Below the pieces are notes generated by a model. The model was not told where the DNA came from. It saw nothing but the letters and a program-made list of their open reading frames with translations, and ran no database searches. A program made the position numbers and the translations under genes. DNA of 59,448 nucleotides, the filler included, from Dugesia japonica (taxonomy: Eukaryota): NCBI GenBank assembly GCA_001938525.1. It is 6 parts of 6 records of this genome, joined end to end, with 100 filler letters (N's around TTAATTAATTAA, not from the genome) between each part and the next. Parts side by side here need not be neighbours in the genome. Positions count along the whole stretch, not along the records: positions 50,144 to 59,448 come from MQRL01590541.1; 5 more parts are not named here. The stretch is one strand, 5' to 3'. Shown here piece after piece: positions 50,350 to 59,448 of the stretch (the stretch's first letter is position 1; each line of letters starts with the position of its first letter).

Positions 50350-53349
50350 CTTTTTATTATTTTGCTTTCAGGTTCTGGAATTTTTGGGTATCTCAATATT
50401 GGCGCTGTTATTAATTTTTTTTAACTTATCGAAAGCTTTCTGTTGATTGTTTCCTCATAATTTTTTGTAATTTTGATGAGCTTTCATCGATTTTCTCAGT
50501 GATCATCACATTTTTACTTTCTCATTTTGTTTTTAAACCTTTTGTTAATTCTACTAGCGGGGCAGATATTTTATCAAAATCTTGTATGAATCTTCGATAA
50601 TATCCAACTAATCCGTTATAACTTTGTAGTTGTTGTACTGTTTTTGGTATTGGGAAATTCTTTACTGCTTCTATTTTATCTGAATTTGGTTGTAAACCTT
50701 TTGATGAAACAATATGACCTTAAAATAATACCTGTTCCTCTGCCCATTTGCATTTTGTTGGCTTTAATTTTATGTTTGCCTTTTGCAATCTAGACATCAT
50801 ATTTATATGTTTATTAAATGTTGCTCAAAATATTCTGATGCAATCAAAATATCGTCCATATATACTGTTACATGTCCCACATCTATCAGAACTGTATTTA
50901 TCAATCTCTGAAATGAGGCTGGTGCGTTTTTTAAACCAAATGGCATTCTTGTAAACTCCTTTAATCCATCTTCGGTTACAAATGCATTCTTTTCTCTATC
51001 CTGTAATAAAACTTTTAAACTATAAAAACCTTTATTGGCGTCAAATATAGCAAACCATAGTGCTTTACTTAATTTATTAAATTGCTCTTGTATTTTAGTA
51101 ACTTCGTTTAACTTTCTATAATCTACACACATTCTGATTTCTCCATCTTTTTTCTTTACTGGTGATGCCCATGCAGAGAAGCTTTGTACTATTATTCCGT
51201 TGTCTTTTAATTCTTTTATTTGTCTCTTGACTTCCTCTCTTAATTTATATGATGCAACCTATGACCTTTGTTTAATGGGTTTGGCACTACCAGTGTCAAT
51301 GGTATGTTGTATAATATCTGCTTCACCCATATAAAATTCATGTTTTGCTAAAACATCTTCATATTTATCAATTAATGTTTGTAGTTGCTGTCGCTGACGC
51401 GCTGTCAAATTGTTATTTTGGTTTTATCATAAAATTTTGTTTGCTTAGGTATGATTTTATCATAAATTAGTGTTTCTTTTACTATTTGCTTTTGTCTTAT
51501 ATGATTATTATCATTAATGGTAATTTCATTTATTTCACAGTCCTCGTTTTTTATATATAGTTTACCTAATTTTATACCTGGGAGAAGATTAACATCTTGA
51601 TTATTATAATTAGCAATTCTTATATGCATGTTTCCCTCTTTTGGTACAAAGCATCCGGGTACTATTGATATATTAAATTTTTTCTCTAATTGATTATTTG
51701 GTTCAAAAAACTAAGTATTGTCACTACGGAACCCTAATTTTACAGGCATTATGCATTCGCATGAGTATTCTATTTTTGCGTTAGATTGTAGATATAAATC
51801 GTTATTTGTCTTTTCATTATTTATGGGGGTTTATTTTTATAATTATTATTTTGTAAATCTATAACATACTCTGTTAATTTTGATAGTAAACCCATTTCCA
51901 AAATACAGTCTTGTATTCCCTGATCTACGACTCGGAATTGATGTTGAATATTTTCATTTTCTAAGATAATGTTACAATCTATTATCCCCTTTATAGGTAG
52001 TCTATGACCCGTAAATGATTTTAATTCTTCTGACAGTTTCGTATCCAGATTTTCTTGTTGTTTTTTATTGAGAATGTCTCTTTAATTATGGAGCATGCGG
52101 CTCAAGTGTCTATTAAGTAAGGTATGTTATATCCATTTACCGATATTATCATGGTTGGTCTAGGAATATCTCCATTTATTACACAAATCTCATGTGATTT
52201 TCTAGGTGCGGTGTATCTTATTAATTTTTCGTTTTCAAAGTTTGATTTTATTTCATTACGCTTATCGGTTTTTAATTGATAGGGTTTATTATTGTAATTA
52301 TTTATTTATCTATTTATTTCTTCTCCTTTGATAGAATATAATGTTTCCCGTCCTCCTTAATCTTTTAGCCATTTTGTTAAGAATTTTTGTACCATTTTAG
52401 AAATTAAATCTTTAGCTACTTTTAATCTTTGGATAGGATTTTCCTTTAACACATCTTTTAACCAAATTATCATGTATAATATAGCTATAAGTGCCTTATT
52501 TAAATCAATTCCATCTTTTAATAAAACTTTTATTACTTTATATTCGTCAACATTATTTGTTTCTGCAACTGCTTCCACTCGTCTTTTTACAACTTCCATA
52601 TCTTGCCATATCAATTTTGCTCGTTTATTTATCCTTACTACATCAAAAAGTTCAACATTTGCTAATATTATGAGATCTCAGATTAAATTGCTTGAATCAC
52701 TTTCCTTTATATGACCAAATGTCTTTGCTATATCATTTAATTTAATTACCTGATTTTTTAGTGGTGATGGTTCATTTGATCTTGGTCTTCCTCTTAATCG
52801 TCTCACAGTTTCCTCATTAGAAGGGCCTGGATCATCTGGATGTCTCGGTTTCCTTGATTCTGTATTTGTAACTGTATTTTTTACTTGAACTGATTGAGTT
52901 GTATTTATATCTGGTTGATTATCATTTCTCACTTGATCTTGCTGATTATTTACTGGAGATTCTTGTTCTATAAATATTTTCTTTTGTGGGATATATTTCT
53001 TTTTACCTTCATCTTTAATTTCCTCTATTATATCGTGATCGAGAAGGTTCAATATTTCATTCATCGCTTCCTTCTGTTCCTCGGATAATCTATTTATTAT
53101 CTTGACTTTTTTATGATTATCACCTTTAGGAATAATTCTATATTCCATCAATCTTTTATTTTCAATCAGCTCGTGATTAAAGAAATATAATTTTATTTCA
53201 TCATCCTCTTCTAATGTTATCTGCCATTTTGCTCTTATTATTTTTCGTAATTTTTCTGTTTTTGTAAGCGCATGTGTGCTTATTATTACAGCTTTTATAT
53301 TGCAGCTACTTGGTTCGAAGAAGCTTGTATTATTATAGGTTTCTGCCAT
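50350..53349 (-). mobile_element. Ty3/Gypsy retrotransposon remnant: long gag, protease, dUTPase-like spacer, RT
   Basis: Gag-like 52357-53349; protease YLIDT*AACS...CILG; HIRIANYNNQDVNLLPGIKLG; RT VKKKDGEIRMCVDYRKLN, DANKGFY, FTRMPFGLKNAPASFQR, VYMDDILI, GLVGYYRRFI, TAPIL.YP. Confidence 0.92.
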
Positions 53350-53589
53350 TCTACATTAGTTTTGAAAAATTCACTGTATTTCTTTATTTATCCATCAAAG
53401 CCACTTCTTATTGACCGTCCATATAAATTTGATTTTGAATCTCAACACTGAAATTACTAGCATTATTATCAGAATGAATAAGTGGACAACTATTGCTCGG
53501 TAATAGTATATAGAAATTATTCGTTTTACTCATTTTTCTTCTTCTTTTTTGAATTTCGATTTGAGATGCTGATATTCGAGTATTCGAAT

Positions 53590-54315
53590 GTTCCCTTTGA
53601 TCTTATAATCTTTTCTATTCTAAATACTGTTGACTGTGGAATTACTTGTAATTTTTGGACATAAAATTTTCCTTGAATAATATTATCTTCATAGTCTCTA
53701 ATCATGATTGGATTATACTTGGATTCTGTTTGATATTGATTTTAGATATTTGAAACACTTCATCGCTCCAATTACTATCAAAATTCTTGATGAATGGTNA
53801 AGCTGATATCTTTGACATTCTAACATGATCACCAACTTTATATTTTGGTTTTTTAATTACTTTTGGTTTTTGTTTCAATAGCCATAATTTCATTGAATTT
53901 TCAAATTATGCATATACAGATTTTGCTCCATTTAATCCATTATAACTTCTATGATTATAATTATAAATTATTTTTGGTAATACATGTATCCATGTTTTAT
54001 TTCCAGTATGCACAAAGTACGTTTTCAATGCATCTCTTAATGTTCGATTAAATCTTTCAACATATGCCGCTTTGTATTTCGAAAATTCTGAATAGTTGTT
54101 AATTTTGAGAAGTGAAATAATATTCTTAACTTTAGAGTTGTAAAATTCCTTTCCCAACTCAGTTTGTAAATTATCTGGATGTACATCTTCAAACATTAAC
54201 TTGATTGCCGCTTTCATTTCATTTGCAGATTTTGCCTTGACTAAAACAGCTCTCGTAAATCTGCTTAATACATCGATACATGTTAAAATGTACTTGTAAC
54301 CTTCATAAATATTTG
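53590..54315 (-). pseudogene. Second Polinton integrase, partial
   Basis: YKYILTCIDVLSRF...LQTELGKEFYN...KAAYVERFNRTL...KYKVGDHVRMSK...WSDEVF...QGKFYVQKLQV...FRIEKIIR. Closely similar to 41300-42000. Confidence 0.93.
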
Positions 54316-54807
54316 AATTTACTACTTTTTTACTACAAGAGTTGTTACTTTGAATTTGTTTACAATGAAGACGTTTACTATTCGACAGTTTTCATTATTG
54401 AAATTCTTGATGAAATATAATGATATTGAAAATTTGATTGTTCCATCCTGTAATAATTGTTTCATATATAATATNAGTTTCATGTCATTAATTTGTTCTA
54501 ATGATTTCAATAGACTCTGTGAAAACATTTATTGTCTTCATTTTCAGGATTAATTTTTGATTGTATAATAAATTATAACAATATCAATTTTTAATGATTG
54601 GTATAGAAAATATTATTCTCACCATCCGCAGAGTTTCTACAAAATTCAAATCAATTAAAGAAATTCAAAAGAGTCAGAAACANNNNNNNNNNNNNNNNTT
54701 ATGATATTTAATTAATGTTTATCAATTTGATAATTTATATTTAAATTATTTTTTAATATTTAAAATTAATTTATTTTAACCAATAGAAATTCAATTAAAT
54801 AATAAAT

Positions 54808-55728
54808 ATGTTTATTTTTTTCTATTATTTTCTAAAATTTGATTTAAATCTAAATCAAAAAAAAACTATGCAATCTGTAAGTAAATCTTTTATATATATT
54901 GATAATATTCTTTACAAACTAAATCGTCTAAATAATGAATTGTTTGCGATATTAGTTCCAAATGATGAAATACCTAATTTCACACCCTTGGTAGAAGAAA
55001 AGATTATAAAAATAAATGGTAGTGTTGGTATACCTATGAATGAAGAAGAATANNNNNNNNNNNNNNNNNNNNNNNNNNNNNNNNNNNNNNNNNNNNNNNN
55101 NNNNNNNNNNNNNNNNNNNNNNNNNNNNNNNNNNNNNNNNNNNNNNNNNNNNNNNNNNNNNNNNNNNNNNNNNNNNTCTCAAAATTCATCAAAATTAAAC
55201 GAGAAGCAAATTATTAAAACTAATAACAAACAACTCAAAATAAAACAAGAAAATAAAACAAAAAAAAATATTTTGATTTCATTACACGATAAGAAAAAAG
55301 AAAATAAAAATGAAAATAAATTAGATATTAAATTTGAAAGCAATGTAAATGAAATTATTGAGAAAAATCCAATTTCTAAAATTGAACAGTTCTACAAAAA
55401 TATTTTTACAAATTGCATTAAACAAAATCAAAATTTAACCATAACTGATGATGATTTATTTGNAGATTTTCCATGTAAAAGTAGTAAAAATATGAAAAAT
55501 AAATTTGGAAATAAAAATCAAACTAAAAATATCAAACTTGAAAATAATATTGAAAACGTGTTTAACAACCACAAAATGCGAACTAAAAAAAATATTCAAA
55601 TTGAAAAAAGCAGCAAAGAATTTGATGAAACTAAAGAAATTTCAATAGATAGCGTAGATTTGGAAGATAATGAAGTTTTAAGAAAAATAGCTTTGAATAT
55701 TTATAATTGTGAAGAAATGAAGTTTTAA
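54808..55728 (+). CDS. Hypothetical K/N/E-rich protein (ORF spans an N gap; probable start 54868)
   Basis: Long stop-free frames on both sides of the gap, with an AACCAATAGAAAT box at 54778 identical to the Polinton promoter motif. Low complexity, no recognised domain. Confidence 0.35.
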   Translation: MFIFFYYFLKFDLNLNQKKTMQSVSKSFIYIDNILYKLNRLNNELFAILVPNDEIPNFTPLVEEKIIKINGSVGIPMNEEEXXXXXXXXXXXXXXXXXXXXXXXXXXXXXXXXXXXXXXXXXXSQNSSKLNEKQIIKTNNKQLKIKQENKTKKNILISLHDKKKENKNENKLDIKFESNVNEIIEKNPISKIEQFYKNIFTNCIKQNQNLTITDDDLFXDFPCKSSKNMKNKFGNKNQTKNIKLENNIENVFNNHKMRTKKNIQIEKSSKEFDETKEISIDSVDLEDNEVLRKIALNIYNCEEMKF

Positions 55729-57987
55729 AAAACATTTTTGAAATAATTCAAACTCATAAAAACCAAATAAAATCCATTAATTATTTGATAAGTTAATAAA
55801 TTTTATTAAATAAATATACATAATTAAATAAATAAAAAATATAAATAAAAAAATAATATATAAGAATTAATAAATAAATAATATTGTTAGATCCTAGTGG
55901 GCTCAGGTACCTAACAATAAATAAACTGACTCCAATTGATTTAAAATTACTAGGCGTGTAGGTGAAAGTTCGTTTATTTATTATAAATAATAATATAATA
56001 AATAAGAATAATTCAACAAGATAATACTTTGTTTTTGACAACACTTTAATAACAATAAACAATTTTTACAAAAAAATATTTTCTAAATAAAAATGTTAAA
56101 CTAATCCAAATTTTAGGCAACACCTTTACGAGCAACCTGCTCCTATATAATTTAACTTGAAAGAGAACTCAGTACTTCGACTGACCTGTAAGCAATTCGC
56201 ACGGTGGCACTAACAATTGCAGCACACCGCCTTTAAACAATGTAACAAGGAAAATGAGATTTTTGGGCCTCGCTAATTTTAATATTATTTTTTGGATCAC
56301 AGGATACCTGTTAACAATAATGTCTAACAGTATCCGTTAAGTAATTTTATTTAAATACGATCACTAGTCAGTAACTGACTATAAATTAATATTAAAAGAT
56401 CAATATTATATCAAACTAATTAGCAAATAAATACTAGTCTTAAACAGACTATTAATTTTAATAAAATATTAATATTATTATAATAAAACTGATACTGTCC
56501 CCAGTCATCACAATATTATTAATAAAAATTCATTTGTAATAATGAAGGATTTGATAAATTTATTCTATATCATCTCTAAATTCGTTAAATTAAATTGCCT
56601 AATTGGTCACGAAATAATTTCATTAAAACTTTACTGACATTAAACACTAATAATATCCGACAAAAATTATTTATTTATGAAATCAATTTATTTCATAATA
56701 GTTTTACTCGAAAACGTTTATTTAAAATTTAATTTACTTTCTCAAAATTATATCAATCATTACAGCAGATCAACTAGCAACTTATCAAATCACAAACAAA
56801 TCTAATTTTACTCACACAAAAATAATATTTAAAAGTTTATGTGTGACCAATGGAATTGCGCTGTGGCCAAATCATTTGATTGGAGAATCATTTTTGAAAT
56901 TTTATTTGAAAAGTTATTTTATTGGACAAGTTGATAAAAGTTAAATCCGGCGTGTGCTTGAAGCACCATACATTGTTAAAATTTTATTGGAGAATTTTGT
57001 AAAATTAAGTTGCATGTGTATGTTTGGAGCACTATATAAAGGAGCTCAGTTTTATAAAAGTTTGCTCATTAGCCGAAAATTATTTAGATTATTTGTTATT
57101 TGTGGTGCAAATAAAGTTACAGTCATAATCACCTTATTTTATTGATGCATTATCATTTGATTTTAATCATCTTCCAATTTCCTTGTACCGTTTATCGACT
57201 TTAACTTAGTCTGTCATCTTTACTATACTTTATGTAATTATTTTCACTTTTCACCTCACCATTTCACCGGCTTCTATCTTTGATCAACTCTAATTCATCT
57301 TGACTTTGCACATAATTCCTTTCCTCTTTAATCGGTTATAATTCAATCGTCTTCACCTCAATTAATTTGTTTTTCTTTTGATGTATATGTCCATGATCAT
57401 CATTGTATCTTCACTAATTTTCGTTTCATTTCTAATCTTTGTTAACTTTTCTTTTATTTGATTCAATTATCTTTTATCATCCTTGCGTTCTTTATAATTT
57501 TAATTTCATTTTCTTTTCTTTTTTTGATTTAATTTTCAATTATCTTTCTTTCTTTTGATTTTCATTTCATTTACCAAACTCTCTTTATATTTGATTTAAT
57601 TATTCGGCTGACACTGGTGAATGATCTCGGAAACATTATTAAATTCGCCAAAATATATTTCGTCAATTACTTTTTATTATTGAATCTTCTTCCACTTCTG
57701 CAAAGTTGATTAGATAAATTCACGGGTTACTCAAAATGACTTCTAATGAAGCTATTCAAATAATCTTTTAGGAAAGTTAATTTTTTTCATGATTAGTGAG
57801 TTTTCTTATATAGCTTTTTTTGTTCTGTGAAAATTTCCGTTTTCAAGCTTTTTTACGTTTTAATTTTTTAAAAACTTTATTTGCTCATGATTGAAAATGA
57901 TGATAACGATGATGATGATNNNNNNNNNNNNNNNNNNNNNNNNNNNNNNNNNNNNNNNNNNNNNNNNNNNNNNNNNNNNNNNNNNNN

Positions 57988-58049
<62 letters not shown>

Positions 58050-58058
58050 GTAATATTA
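57988..58058. repeat. (TAA)n microsatellite, preceded by (GAT)n
   Basis: Seen directly. Confidence 0.95.
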
Positions 58059-59124
58059 GAGCGAAAAGTCGTCATGACAATAAACAATTATAATCGTAAT
58101 AATCAAAAGAATAATTTTTATCGATATTTTTATATTAAACACCAAACATAATATAAATTAATAAATAGGACAAAATAGATAATTGATGGAAAAAGGAAAT
58201 TGAGGATTGGATTGCTGAACTTGATCAATGGAATTTTGGTACTATTATTGATTCTTTTTGAGTAATGAACTTGCTTGAAATGATAAATTTTGATTTACTA
58301 ACAATTCGGAAGGCTTATTTAGGCATACTTTTCTGAATGAAATGCAATCAGATCAATAAGATGCTTCCTGTGTCCGAGAGCAATTAAGAATTGGATTGAT
58401 AATTATCCAGGGTGATTTTCTGATAGTCTTAGCTGCGATGTCGAATGATTGTACAAGATTACTTTTTGACAATTATCTCTACGATGTCGAATGATTATTT
58501 TCTAACAATTATTTTTGCGATGTCAAATGCTTTCTGACATTTATTTGTACAGAGTCGAATTTCTGATAATTATTTCTGAGAGGTTGGACAATTTCTTTCA
58601 AGGAATTATTGAGAAATTTTTATTTCTGTCTCAAATCAATTAATAATTATATTCAAGTTGAAAATGAAATTGAATATTCTTACTTTTTATTATTATTTTT
58701 TGTCATTTGTGGGTTTTTGATATACATTTGTAAGAGGCAAAAATGCGTTCATGATTGGTCGATTATTTGACAACAAATATGACCAAAGAAGTTATGACCT
58801 CGAAACCACACTCTTGTATGGTCGCTTTTCCGGAAGTCAGAGGGACTTCCTGATAACTCGTCTTGAATTAGATCGAATATTTTTTTACAGCTCAGTACTC
58901 TACAAGTTGTTCAGTATCATTAAATTCGAATACGTGGTAGACAACAAACATATTTCAAGAAATTTTACATTGCCACTCAGATATTTAACTTAACAAGTTA
59001 CTTTTCTTTTTCGGCACCTGACCATTTATTTGTTTCAGCTTCCATATTTAGAGGTCCTTGCCTGCAGCTCATGCTGGTGAATCCACCAAGGTATGATATC
59101 GGTTCCCTTAGTGATCACCGTGTC

Positions 59125-59448
59125 AGTACGGGGATAGTAGCGCACGGCGCTACTTTTATTTAAGCAGTTATCGAGGGGGGAACCCCCCGGGGGGGGGGCT
59201 CGGAAACAAATTACGCTTGAGCTTCGTATTTTTGTCCTCGAATTTTTGGCTTGTTTTTGAGATCAAAAAGTTTTTGATCGGATCAAATTTTTTTTTGATC
59301 AGATCAATTTTTTTTGATCAGAGTATTTTGATCGGATCAATTTTTTTTAATCTTTTTTTATCTTTTTTTTACCTTTTTTTTATGAGGGAATTTTTTTTTA
59401 ATTGTTTTTTTTGTTTTAATAATTAAACTTTTTTTGTTTTAATTATTG
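59125..59448 (+). mobile_element. Probable Polinton left end running off the window
   Basis: AGTACGGGGATAGTAGCGCAC (same length and pattern as the other termini), followed by G/C tracts and short TTTTGATC(G/A)GATCAA tandem repeats. Confidence 0.55.

Noticed and set aside
54322-54660. Possible Polinton packaging ATPase upstream of the integrase
   Set aside because: No Walker A or convincing Walker B motif, only a vague resemblance.
56100-56275. snRNA/SL RNA candidate (TATA, short stem, ATTTTTGG)
   Set aside because: No match to the U1, U2, U4, U5, U6 or SL sequences I know. More likely an LTR fragment.

Overview
AT-rich eukaryotic genomic DNA, most consistent with a planarian/flatworm (inferred from the intronless flatworm-type rhodopsin GPCR, the transposon spectrum and the short AT-rich introns). 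The window is not one contiguous locus. It is six contigs joined by an artificial 100-bp spacer (44 N + TTAATTAATTAA + 44 N) at 9034, 18276, 30940, 39796 and 50044. Only one clearly intact host gene is present, a 356-aa class A GPCR (34772-35842, -). Most of the rest is decayed mobile DNA: at least six Ty3/Gypsy remnants, two Penelope-like remnants and several MITEs. Every contig also holds pieces of one Polinton/Maverick (adintovirus-like) family. Together these give a shared 21-nt terminus (AGTAGRTAGATAGTRGCGCAC), a chromodomain integrase, minor capsid, PW-type amphipathic protein, major capsid, adenain protease, pPolB and a spliced accessory gene. The most interesting signals are: (i) E2F/CHR composite motifs and NF-Y CCAAT arrays in the Polinton non-coding DNA, suggesting cell-cycle (stem-cell) coupled expression; (ii) tandem SUMO-site+SIM modules at the pPolB N-terminus; (iii) an in-frame exonuclease-less pPolB; (iv) a gag-only retroelement with ~54-bp LTRs; (v) a GPCR 3' fragment sitting between inverted repeats. 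All homology calls come from manual motif recognition, not database searches, and pseudogene boundaries are approximate.
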